Positions 40,243 through 53,200 of a stretch of DNA of 64,000 nt are shown piece by piece. A program made the position numbers and the translations under genes. The stretch's first letter is position 1. The number at the start of each line of letters is the position of its first letter. Below the pieces are notes generated by a model, which worked only from the letters and a program-made list of their open reading frames with translations, was not told where the DNA came from and did no database searches. The stretch is from contig OZ024759.1 in assembly GCA_964016885.1 (NCBI GenBank), positions 2,914,001-2,978,000 on the forward strand, written 5' to 3'. This DNA comes from Eledone cirrhosa (Eukaryota).

Positions 40243-43200
40243 CAGTGGTCGCCAACCTTTCTAAAACCGCGGAACCCTCTAAATATTTTGAATTCTTCAC
40301 GGAACCTATATAATACAAAACTTTCAAAAAAAAAAAATAAAGTATTTATTTATTTTAGTGTTTCATGCGTGTGTATGTAATCGAACACAATTAACTAGTG
40401 GCTTTTCTGCTGCTGCGCCTCATCAGTGAGTTTAGAAAATCGAGGTTCAACACTAGTTAATGCCAGTCTCATACACTCGTCAATTGCTGACAGTTTATTC
40501 CTCTTCTTTGTGCAGATTTCTACCAACTGTGAAAACCCTTTTTCGCACAAGTAGCTAGATGGGAATAAAGTCAAATATTTCAATGCAAGTTGGCTGATTT
40601 CATTAAACTACCCAATCAAGAATAAGTCGATCCATAGTTCTTTCTTTCTTCTTTCGAATATCACTTTCAGGTCTTCGTTTGAATTCAAATCCATCAACTG
40701 ATGTAAGCATTGTGCAGGTAGTAAATTTTTACAATTTCCAGCGTCATTTTCTGACACTAACTGCTCGATCTCGGTGAACGGGTTTTTTATCCATAAATTT
40801 CCGCTAACAATATCTTTTTCCATCAAGTCAAAATAATCTGAAAAACTTGTGGAAAGCACATTTAAATGAGAAAGAATAATCTTCTTTAGATTGCTGGAGT
40901 CAAAATCTTCTATCTTTTTAAGCTCTATTTCAAGGTTTGAAAGTAATGAGTAATTGTCCGATTCAATTCTTTTTATAAAGATGTTTAATTTTTATTGAAA
41001 ATATGTAATAAAATTGATTGAAGTAAAAATATCTGCATTGTTACCCTGAAGACACTTATTTAGTTTGTTCAGTTCACCAAAAATGTCTACTAAATAAGCG
41101 AGTTGCACATTCCATTCATTGGTTTCTAAGACACTTGCTCTTTCATCATTCTGTCTTTTTAGAAAAACTATTATTTCTTCTCTCAGTTCAAAATCTCTCT
41201 TCATAGCATCCACAAAAGACAGCCAACGCACATCATTGTTTAATAACAATCTATTATAATTACTTCCAGAAGATTCACAAATAGATTCGAACATTCTAGA
41301 ATTTTTTGCTCTTGCATGGATCAAATTGATAATTTTGACAATGTCTTTCAGCTGGTCATTTAATATTTGAGCATCTCTGTCTTTGAATTTTTTTGAACAC
41401 AAAACCTCTCGATGAATCATACAATGATTTGAAATACAATTTGGGGTCTGTTCTTTAATTTTTGCAATCAAACCAGAATGTTTACCAGTCATTGCAGCTG
41501 CTCCATCTGTTGTTATTGAAGTCAACTTGCTCCAAGATACACCATTTTTTAAAAAATACTCTTCAATTTTATTGAATATATCTTGACCTTTAGTTGTGAT
41601 GTCTAATACCAGACAAAACAAATACTCTTCTACTAATTCTTTTTTATCAAGGTCTACAAACCGTACATAGCAAATTAATTGAGCCTTGTTATTAATATCC
41701 GTAGTTTCGTCCACTTGCAGACCAAAACATGTGCTTTTCTTTAGTGCAGTTAGTATCTGATTTTCTATATCAGAAGAAATATCAATTATCCTTCTTTTTA
41801 CGGTATTTGCTGACAATGGTAACTGGCTTAACTTTTTCTTTGTCCTTAATACTGCAGCTTTCAAAAAGATTCTCTGTAGCAATTGTTATACTTGGCAGAA
41901 TTAACTGTTCTCCTAATGTAAATGGTTTCTTGTTTTTACCAATCAAATGTGAAATTTCAAAAGATGTTCTTGTTAAAGCTTTATTTCTATCTGACTTTTT
42001 ACAAAACAAGTCATACATATTAGCTTGTGATTTTTTATGTTGTTTTTCAGCGAAGTAAAGTATTCCAGTGACTTGTTTTTATCATTGGTGTGATTAGTAT
42101 CAAGGTGTCTTTTAAGTTTTGCAGGATTTAAACAGCTATTTGATAGAACTTTTGAACATAGCAAACACATGGGCTGATCTGGTGTATCTTTTTTAGTGTC
42201 AGCTTTTTGAAATCCATATCTAACATAATCATCACACCACTGTCTAACCTTACTGCAGTAGACATTATATCAATGTTATTTATCTACAGTTAACATTTTT
42301 AATATGACATTAATAAACAAGAGTAATTAAGTTTTTTTTATTACAAAAAGGACTTCCAGCACTTCCTGCATATACTACTTTAGGGTCGTATTAAATATTA
42401 TTGATAATGTAAATATATTTAAATATCCGCCATACTAAAAGGTGCAAAAAATGCAAATCAGCTGATAGTGTAGAAAATGTGACGATGGTTTTGGAAATTA
42501 ATTCAGATATCTTCTATCTATTTTGACTCAAAGTTAGATATAATATAAGAAGGCTTTAGGCTGCGTTAAACATATATTAGATTGGAACAAATAAAGTTTA
42601 GTCAAATGTTTGTGGACATATATATTTATTGTATAAAGTAATTTCTCAATTGTGAATGCAGATGTCATCAAATGAATACATAATTGTGTGGCAAAGTTTA
42701 TAGTATATGCATGGAATACAAAATTACCTTTGTTAGTAGTCGAAACTTTACAGGCGTTATATTTTCTGTGCAAAGTACAACAGAATGTAACGTGTTCTTA
42801 TTTAGAATTGTCTGTGGAACTGGATGCATGTTGAAAACGACTAGTAAGCGAGTTCACTCTGAGGAAACTTTAGGCGACTTTAAAGCTTTTGTGAGGACAG
42901 CAGATTAAAACGTGTTCTCTATTGAAAACATTTTACTGAACTTACGTTGTGAGAACAGCGAACTGACTCTGTCTCTCGGCTGAACGACCTCTCTGAACTG
43001 AAGTTTTCAGTTTAAAGTTATGCTGTCATCGACCAACATTTACTTGTTCGTGATTGGTCAATTTCTAAGTTCAATTAGTGTATTATCAGTAGTAGTCAAA
43101 TTCTCGGAATTCAGAAAACTATGTCTTTCCAAGGATTGATGTGAAATTGAAAGTATTCAATTTCCACGAATCTCAGAACAGTGTTTTTCTGCTAATTCAA

Positions 43201-43390
43201 GTGAGAAACTGAAAGTAGTGTTTTCCACGAATTTGAGTGGAGAACCTGTGTACACTACAATAGTACTCGTTCATTTATACATTGCACCTTTGGCATTTTC
43301 TTTGCACCTTTTTCAGAAACCCCAAAATATTAATGGTAATGTAAATATTTATTTTTTTAAGGAACCCGGAGTTTGTTTTACGGAACCCAT
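40243..43390 (-). mobile_element. hAT (Charlie/Buster-like) DNA transposon inserted into a PLE; only one TIR seen
   Basis: Left end cagtggtcgccaaccttttct interrupts the PLE motif RSRRIIWYN|P. Subterminal ggaaccc repeats occur at both ends. The right TIR was not found. Confidence 0.85.
40395..42265 (-). pseudogene. hAT transposase (ZBED5/SCAND3/Buster-like), frameshifted
   Basis: CLLCSKVLSNSCLNPAKLKRHL, FGLQVDETTD, TTDGAAAMTG, HCMIHRE, VRWLS, FPSSYLCEKGFS. Confidence 0.9.
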
Positions 43391-43544
43391 GTAGGAGTCG
43401 TAGAGTAAGAAATGTTAATAGTATTTCTATTAAAAATGTTACTATATTTATGTTTAGGGGGAAAATTCTTCGTAATAAGGGAGAGAAAGATCTTAGCTAA
43501 TGGTGTGGCCACCTCCATATTATATGGTGGGTTATACTAACCCT

Positions 43545-44530
43545 GTAGTTAGTACTAACTGTAATTGTAGGAATCGGGTTGACTGCCCCCTATCCGGGAA
43601 ATGCCTCTCTAGTAACATTGTCTACAAATGTAAGGTTGAAACACCCACGTCCCGTAGGGCCTACATAGGGTTAACCGCCAATAGATTCAAGCAGCGTCTT
43701 TACATGCATACCCATTTTTTTCGTTACCCTTTAAAAAGGAATATGATGTCACTTTCAGCTTATATCTGGAGTCTAAAAGACAACCAGACCCAATATAAGT
43801 TACACTGGGAGATCCTAGCTAGGGCTAGATCGTATAACGGAAATAAAAGACCATGTGACCTCTGTGCCGCTGAGGCCCTGGAAATACTCTACGCCAAAGA
43901 CCACATCTTTTACAAAAAATCTGAGGCAATTTTGGCTTGTAAACATAAATTGCACAAAACTTTCCTGTATTACAGCCCCACATTATACCCTAACAGATAG
44001 TACGATCTATACGCGGATATTTTACGTCTGGATGTGGTAGCTAAGTATATGTTATGTTTATACCATTACTTATTTGCATAGGTATATATTACCCGTATGT
44101 TTTGTGCAGGTACGTATACTTTCTCGTACGTATATTTGATTGTATATGTTATGGCGTATATTTTATATATTCTGGTACATATGCTTTTGGTTATGTGTAT
44201 ACGTGAGTTTTGCGTCTGTGTGAGTATGCGGGTTCGTACGTATGTAGGGTGTGTGTATATGTGTACTTCGTGTTTTGGTTGACGTAGTCTCCGAACATAT
44301 GTGTATTTACATGTAGGTATGTGTTTGCGCTTGTTATATACGTATTTTTTTATTTTTTTATATACGTTTATTTAATTATTTGTATTCACGCACACATATA
44401 TATATGTACGTGTATTTGTATGCCTATGGCGAGTGTTTTCGCGTATGCTTGTGTATGTACGTATATGGATGCGTGTATGTATTTATTTAATTTCAATTAC
44501 CTCTGTATTTTATTTACTTTATTCTTAACT
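43545..44530 (+). mobile_element. PLE GIY-YIG domain and TG-rich 3' UTR
   Basis: CNCRNRVDCPLSGKCLSSNIVYKCKV…YIGLTANRFKQR…CDLCAAE…CKH. Confidence 0.85.
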
Positions 44531-44567
44531 CTGAAGCCGAGAATCATTCGGTTTCCTAGTTAGAATT

Positions 44568-44840
44568 TTAGTCTACGACTTCAGTTATACCATTTACGTG
44601 GTTTTGTCTTTGCGTGCAATTGTTCTCCACGCTCCACATATGACGTATTATCTTCGTTAATTCTGTTCATTGCCAGAGAACGTCACTATGAACCACCCAA
44701 GAGAACATTAGTCTACGACTTCTTTTATACCATAAACGTGGTTTTGTCTTTGCGTGTAATTGTTTTTCACCGCTCCAAATAATGACATATTATATTCGTT
44801 TTTTCCCGTTCTTTGCCAGGGAACATTTCCACGAACCAAA
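44568..44840. repeat. Diverged direct duplication of about 140 bp
   Basis: ttagtctacgacttc… at 44568 and 44708. Confidence 0.8.
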
Positions 44841-45077
44841 GTATCGTCTTGCTGTCTTCCTCCGGTTACAACGTTTTTTGAAATATTCACTTCTGCGTTC
44901 ACTGATTGACTTTGTTAGTTTCAGAAGATCCCGTTAAGGGTGAAAGCAGTGATTCTTTGCTAAAAACTTTAATCTGTTTTTTAAAAATAAATATTTGCTC
45001 TACGGTTCTTATATATTTGATATATATTTATCCTTATCGAGCCCTCTTTGGATTTTACTCTTCAAATGTATTATTAT

Positions 45078-45117
<40 letters not shown>

Positions 45118-45119
45118 TG

Positions 45120-46820
45120 TATATATATCGTTTCTGAATTTGTTTAGCAAGATTCTTTATTTGAAAACGTATGTTGAAACCGATATTGTTATACTTTGGG
45201 AGGGTCATGTTGCCAATAAGAAACACACGCATCAGTTGCTTTCACTCCAATTTATTATAGATTTATAAATTTACGGTTGGTTGGTTGGTTCCACAACCGG
45301 ATTGTCATTCATGTATTGTCAAAGATCTTTCGTCACACATTTTGTGACCTCTTCAGTGACTGGGGATTCTTTACTTTGTTTTGTGCCTCCTTTGTTCTGT
45401 CCTACGCCATCTTGTTTTTGTGTGTTTTGTGCTTGTTTTGCGCATGTTACATCCGTGTGTGTTTATATTCGTTTATTTACATGTTACTAGTTAGTTGTTT
45501 GTTCTATGTGTGTGTGTGTTTTCATTTTGTCCTTAATTATAAGTTGTGATGTTACTATTCCATTCATGTTTTCTATTTAATTTTGGTTGCAGTTCATTTA
45601 TGTTTATTGCCTCTGTGATTTGTCTAAACATTGCGTCTTTTCTGTGTATAGATTCTATTTTTATTTCTGTGTTTTCTAATTTGCCCTTATGTTCTATTTT
45701 AGCATGTTGGTAGAATAATGATGAGTCTTTTCTATCTTGGAGTTCTCGCCAGTGTTCATTTAATTGTTCTCCTATGCTACGAGCTGTCTCACCTATGTAC
45801 ATTATATTCTTATTTTTACATTGTCCCTCAGTACATCTTATGCTATATACTACGTTTCTAGTTTTACAGTCAATGTGGGGGCTTAGCTTACAGATTATGC
45901 ATTTCCTATCTATACAGGGAGGTCTTTGAAAAGGGTATGTATTACTAATTAGTGTTTTTATGGAGGTACCTGGTCTTTCCACTATCTTAATATTTAGTTT
46001 AAGTTTATCTAGGGCCCTTCTAAATGTGTAAGCTAGTTCACCTTTAGGGGTTGTATTGATGAACATTACACTCTGGTATTTATTGCTATCATACCATGAG
46101 TTTATTTTATTAACCTTATTCCTAGTTCTTTCTATTCTATTCCAAACTTTGCTCCTATACAAGGGGCAGGTCCCATTTGTATCATTATTTGCCATTTTTT
46201 CCCATTTGGTTCTGGCTCCTCTATATACTCTGATTTTGTCTCTCTGATTGTAACCAGAGAACTGCATACGGTGGATGAAGTGCTGTATGTGTCTCTCTAA
46301 TTATTTGGGGTTGCACATGCGGGACACGTTTCTCATCACCCGTACTTAATCCGCAATCAGTATGTTGATTTTTGTGTGATCCGAAACAGCTGGGTTTCGG
46401 TGGATCAGGTATTTGGAAGACATGGGTTTGACATAATGGGAATGGAGGATATGTTTTTTGTTATTAATGGTTTCTAACCTGAGCTCTGTGTCTAGTACAG
46501 GTAATCGATGGTTGGGGTGTTTGCTTGGGTAGTCTATAGTAACTTTGATACTCTGGTGGATGGAGTTAGCTATTTGCCGGATGCTTTCTATGGTGTTTTT
46601 CTTCAATTCATAACTGTTCTCAAGTGGAGGTGTTTTTACTACGATGTTTATATCATCAACGTAGCGGGAGTACATAATCAGGGTTAAGAGATTGTTGTCT
46701 TCTAATTGCTCTTTAAGTTTTTTGTCCCACCATACCATAAATAGGTTAGCTATGTCACCTGCAATGCTAACGCCAATGGCTGCTCCTTCCATTTGGGCAT
46801 ATGTTTTCCCATTAAATGCT
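45120..46820 (-). mobile_element. PLE family B: RT core, GIY-YIG, and pLTR with hammerhead at 45318-45360
   Basis: QMEGAAIG, YSRYVDD, YIGETARS. Minus-strand HHR reads gtca-CTGAAGA-ggtcaca…tgtgac-GAAA-GATC-TT-tgac. Confidence 0.9.
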
Positions 46821-46899
46821 ACGAGCTGTCTCACCTATGTTCTCTCTCACCCTGTTCTGTTGTCTAAGGAAAACAATAATATCTCGACAACTACACTTC

Positions 46900-48662
46900 A
46901 TAAAACAATGTGCCTCGTCCCGAGTTCACACCAACACCATCAACACCGATGTAAGAAGATTACAACTTACCAAAAAAAACAAGCAGATAAGCTAAAACAT
47001 AAAAAAGATTTACAGAGAATTTAGTCATCAAGAAAAACATAGGCGTAAAATAATACAAGAAATAACTAAGATCACCACACCAAGAGAAAAATTAGAATAC
47101 ATAAACATTATACATAAAGAAGAAAAATACATCATCCAAGAATGATTCATTTCTACAATTCGTTATAGACGCATATATTCCCCTATATCACCCATACTCC
47201 TAAACAAAGACTTGATATTTACCAAAAATAGATCAGACTTAACTATTGATGACATCAATATTATCACGCACACTAGACAAACACTACTTGAATTTCAGAA
47301 GGAGGACCAGAAATACATGTAATAATCTCTTCGACATAACTATGGGCTCTAGTGATTCTGCCCAAATTACCGATCTTGTGGGCCTCTTTCTTCTATTTAA
47401 CATTAATTCATCTTTTCCCCACCTTAAAGGTGGTTTATATCGTGACGACTGTCTTCTTCTATCCACTAATCTTAGCCTATCAGAAATTGAAAGAAATAAA
47501 AAACTTATTAGAACTTTCCTCAAAGACTATTATAATCTCACTATTACATTTGAAAACACCAGTAAAATAGTCAATTTCCTAGATATAACTATGGACATAT
47601 CTACGGGTATCTACCAACCTTACCATAAACCTAACCAAAACTTGCATTACATACACTCACAATCAAATCACCCTAGATCTATCCTTAAAAACCTAGCATA
47701 TAATATCTCACTCAGAATTTCTAACCTTTCATCAAATCAAGATGTATTCGATAAAAACGCGCCCTTTTATAATGAAGCTTTAGCTAGAAGCGACCACAAG
47801 AACAAATTGCGCCAATAATATTTCAAACATACAACCTCATACTACCAACAAACACCAAATGAAATACCCACACCTAAACGCCACTCATACTACACCTAAA
47901 AACACCAACCCAAAACTTAATTTCTCTACCTCTCCTCACATAAAAAATAATGCCTTTCAAAAAACCATTCACCCTAATACTCTAACATATGTCAACAACA
48001 TAAATAACAAAATTCCTAGTAATCAGACTAAAACACCTAAATCAAGTAATCTAATTAAACCTATATATAATAAAACCACTAATACTAACTCTCTCAGTAA
48101 ACCTCCCGATACATCATATAAATATAAGAAACAATGTCGAAACCGTAATAGACGTGTTACTTGGTATAATAATCCATTTAATCTACAGATTAAAGACCAT
48201 GTCCCTAAAAAATTATTTGCTATCATAGAGAAAAACTTCCCACCAAACCATAAATACCATCAAATTTTAAATAGATTTACTGTCAAATTTTCCTACTCCA
48301 CTACCAAGAATATACAACAGAATATAAGCGCTTACAACCCATATAAGTGTAAAAAAAAACAAATACACCACCAACACATCAAACCAACCATAATAATACT
48401 AAAATAAACCAAAACAAACCACTTCCACACCAATTTTGACTAATAATCTCCAACACAAACAGAACTCTACTAGCTCCACATCCCCTAAACTATCACCCAC
48501 CAATAACCTATCTAACAATACTAATATAATTACAACCTATTCTAAACTATACATTAATGAAAATAGTAACACTAATACCACTATAGATAATACAAACAAC
48601 TCTCCTGATACGATATTTACGAATGGTTGTAACTGTAGAATCAAAAGAAATTGCTCATTACA
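46900..48662 (+). mobile_element. Decayed PLE RT region, ending at the start of the GIY-YIG domain
   Basis: FDITMGSSDSAQITDLVGL, GGLYRDD, VNFLDIT, YIHSQSNHP, RRVTWYN, CNCRIKRNC. Confidence 0.85.
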
Positions 48663-49481
48663 CGCATACAAAGTACACGCATACAAAGACACATATCGGC
48701 GTTCGGGCATATCTGCACATATATACACAAACACTCTCATACACATACATAGGTACACACACGCACACACACGCATAGCCTTATGGATAGGCATCAAGGA
48801 CAGACACACTTCCAAAGACATAACCACACATACACACACATACACACACCTGTACATATGTCTACACACAAGTACATGTACCCGCTTATAAACACATAGA
48901 CAAACCCAGTCTTATGTGGGTATACATACGCACCCCCACTGACAGATACACACACCATATATATATATATGTGTGTGTACATAGACACACACACATGCAG
49001 ACACACATGCATACACATATACATATATGTGTATACGCACATATATATACACACATACATGTATATACACACATACACATACATACTTATACTCACATAT
49101 GTCTATATGTGTACACATACACACACACACAAATATACACATATACACACACATACGCACACACATATACCTACGCATATCCTTATATACATATATATAT
49201 ATATATACACACATACATACAGTATACACATAGACATAAATACATACACACACACATACACACATATATATATAAAACTCTACATGCATACACATACCCA
49301 CACATATATATATACACACATATATATACACACATATATATGTATATATACATATACGCACACGGACACCCACATGCACATATGCATATGTGCTTACACA
49401 CACATGCTTACACATATACATATATAAACAAAACCGTAAAATAAATATACAATATACAATAAAATAACAATATAGTATACA

Positions 49482-49526
<45 letters not shown>

Positions 49527-49585
49527 TAAAATAACAGATTAAGTTTAAGCAAAGAATCGCTGCTTTCACCCTTAACGGGATCTTC

Positions 49586-50211
49586 TGCACACATATATAT
49601 ATATGTACGTATGGATTCACCGAACATTTATTATAATGCTCGGTGTGTGGAAACAAACATCCCGAATTAAGCCGTACAGTGTCTAGCTACCATCGTTGCT
49701 CATTTGTTCAACACTGACAAAGGAACGCTGTACTAGTTTCAAGCTTATTAGCTATCGTCAGCAACGTATACTTTCCTGCCAGATGATTGAACGTCTGAAA
49801 GTATATACTTTCCTTATGCATATTAACGGCTGAGCAGCCCAATTTGCATATCGAGTGAGTTAATCGGCCGGGGTACCGAAAACGATAAACGGAAAAAAAT
49901 GAAACGTTTATCTTTTCGGTACCCCGGCCGATTAACTCACTCGATATGCAAATTGGGCTGCTCAGCCGTTAATATGCATAAGGAAAGTATATACTTTCAG
50001 ACGTTCAATCATCTGGCAGGAAGATATACGTTGCTGACGATAGCTAATAAGCTTGAAACTAGTACAGCGTTGCTTTGTCAGTGTTGAACAAATGAGCAAC
50101 GATGGTTGCTAGACACTGTACGGCTTAATTCGGGATGTTTGTTTACAAACACACCGAGCATTATAATAAATGTTCGATGAATCCATACGTAGATATATAT
50201 ATATGTGTGCA
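49586..50211. mobile_element. Palindromic element of about 625 bp, with hammerheads at 49725-49767 (-) and 50028-50070 (+)
   Basis: Arms 49586-49891 and 49905-50211 with a 13-nt spacer. HHR reads acgttg-CTGACGA-tagctaataagctt-GAAA-CTAG-TA-cagcgt. Confidence 0.88.
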
Positions 50212-50224
50212 TGTATCTATCTAT

Positions 50225-53200
50225 ATAGATACCCGTGTATATTTATCTGATGGACACACGTGTATAACTTGCTGAGTAAGTTCTGTTTAAATTTCTATAG
50301 AAATTCTTGTCTGTTAACTTTAATTTTTGTACCATTTTGTAGAGGGACTGCCAGGTCAAACTTTGATCTGGTCAGTCTCTCAAAATATTCTACGCCTTTA
50401 GGCGAAATAGTTAAACAAAAAAAAGTTTTTTCTTGTTGAAAAGTTAATATTTTTTAAAATGGCTGAAGCTTCTTCACCAAAATTCGAAGGAGGAAAGGGG
50501 AAGATAAACTTACAGCTTCCCCTGCCACTGTCACAGTAGCAGAGGTCAAGAAGAAAGGTCAGCCAGAGGAAGAATTTTCTCCACCTGTTAACCGACAACT
50601 TGACGTTGCCATGGCAACAACCCAAAGAACCAACGGCACCAGCAACAGCAACAACAACAATGCGACGGACGAAAACAACACCAATAACAATAACAACAAC
50701 AACAAGACCAATAACCGTGACAACAACAACAATGATAACAACAACACCACCAACGACAGCAACAACACAAACCAAAAAAATTCTCCTTCGCCGAGACGAC
50801 AAGGAAAACCCTCGACTATCTGCCAGCAGATATAACCAAAGCGAAGGAGCTACTGGCAGATGCCAAAAAATATATAATGTACGGGGAAAATGGTTCATTC
50901 ACAATCCATTCCCCCCCCCCGGAACTAAAAAGCCAGAGACTCCTAAACACTGTCATGTTTAGGACAATCTCGAATAAAAGTAAAACACCAGCTCAACCAT
51001 CACAGAGTGAGATAGAGCTGGTTTTGAAAGACGTCATGAAGGACATCACCTTCACTCAGAAGGATAGACTCTACGGGAGTCTATCCATTCTCATGAAGGA
51101 CAGGGACACAGCAGTGAAACTGTCCATCAAACCAATCACATCCACCGCATACACCTTCTACCCTACGTACATGGGTAGAAGAACACAAAAAATAAAAATC
51201 CACACCATCCTGTCGATTATGGACATATGGTGGGTTTTGACAGGTTTCCTGGACCTGGAGGATGACATGCTGGTGTCCATGGGAAAAGCATCGGGTGACG
51301 CGTTCAGTGGAACGAGCCTCGAACTTGTAGTTCAAATGAGGCTCGAAAGGATCGCCCAGATCCCTGAACGCGTCATACTGGATGATCTAACCTTCATCAA
51401 CATTACCGTTGAGGGTAGGCTGCCCTCTGCAGAACCAGAGGTCACCTGAGGGCTGTCTGTCCCCAACTTAATAAGAAAACCCCAATCCTGCCTACACCAC
51501 CAACAACTGCACAACCAACACAATCACCACAACTACCACTACAAAAACAACCACCACAGCTCAAACCAAAACAAAACAATGTCCAACCCATCCCCTCCAC
51601 TCAAAAAACAAAAACAATTTCCAAAACACCCGCACCACAAACACAACCCGAAAATATACCCCTCCCCTCCAACGCGGAAGATGAGCCTAGTTCGTCGTCA
51701 GACGAGGAGGAGCACTTCCACACAATCAAAAGAAAAAAAAGAAAACACACCTCAGACACACAAATGAAAACAACCCCTCCCCAAAACATAACACTGACAC
51801 CAACACAAAAGAGCTCACAACAACAGCAAACAAAAAACACCACACAAAAACAAAAACATGCATACACATACATAAACACAAGAAACAAAAAACTGTTAAA
51901 CATTGTTTACAACAACAATCTAATAAAAACACAAGGGCCTAACTTCACCCAGGCAGGGGATTTCCCCCACCTCAAAATGATTAAGGCCCCACAGGACACC
52001 TATAAAACTTTAAAAAACAATTTTAAAGAGGACGTGGGTCCCCCCTGCGTCTGGCCCATTAACCGCGTCCTCCTAAAAAAACTACCACACCTCCTCCCCA
52101 AACACCCACACAACTCCAAACTCCCCAACCACACAACACACTGATGCCCCTACACTTCCACAAACCACCACCCCACCCAACAACCCATTCCCCACCCTAA
52201 TGGAAATTGTGCAGCCCGATACCCTGGACGCAGAGAGGTAAGTGCCTTTTCTCTTCACCACCAACATGGCTATGCTAAGAGTAGGCTGTTTAAATGCGCG
52301 TGGCCTGGGCTCAACTTGGAAGCAAGCAATGCTTCTAAATGACCTCAGGTCACAACGTATAGATGTGATGGTTATTTGCGAGGCCCGGATCAGCAACGTG
52401 CGACAGCTGGCCCCCACCTTTGATGACTTTGAGATGCACGCATCTCTCTGTCAGCCCGGAGGTGGGGGTGGAGTTGTCGTTCTGCTGCAAAAACATCTGG
52501 GTCTCGCAACACAGATGGTACATTTGGACCCGGAGGGTCGACTAGTGGTTCTGGACCTTGGCAGTGGTAAAGGCGGGGCGTTTAGGTTGGTAGCCGTCTA
52601 CGGCCCTTTCGGGTCAATGCGGCCGGACTTCTTCCATCGTCTGGAGACTTTTCTAGGGACGTCCCGCTTCTTGCTGGGGGACTGGAATGGTATCCTAGAT
52701 GCACGATGGGACTACGTAGGGGCCTGTCCCGATAGAGAGGGGTGTAATAGCCTCAAAGGGTTAATCGGTTGATTTGACCTGGCCGATAGATATCGACTAG
52801 ATTTTCCGACTGCGCCAACCTGGACTTGGGCAAATCGTAGCGGATCATCTAGGTCGTACCTAGATAGGTTCTTAGTTAGAATTAAGGATAAGGACTTTTT
52901 AAGTTGTCCAAAAATGCGCATGGTTGGCTATTCAGACCACAAGTTAGTGACCTGCATGATCAACCTTGACAGAACTCATAGACAGGGACCCGGTTACTGG
53001 AAGCTCAACTTGTCCTTGCCGGCAGGTAAGGCTTACAGGGACCGGATTAGCACTTTAGTTAAGGAGCGGTTGACGGGCGCCATCGTCAACAGCAGGTGGT
53101 GGGATCTCTCAAAAGAGAGATTAGAGTAGTCTCTATAGAATTTAGTAAGGAGTTAGCCTCAAATAGAAATAGGAAGGAAAGGGAGTTGGTAGATAGTGTA

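Noticed and set aside
40395-42265. Domesticated ZBED/SCAND3-like host gene
   Set aside because: It has multiple frameshifts and a retained TIR, so it is a dead hAT copy.
44524-44562. ttaact-CTGAAG-ccga…tcgg-tttcct-agttag as a hammerhead
   Set aside because: It lacks the GAAA and UH elements.
50588-50770. Cys-rich metallothionein- or keratin-associated-like ORF
   Set aside because: It is the antisense of the (AAC)n-rich part of LINE ORF1.
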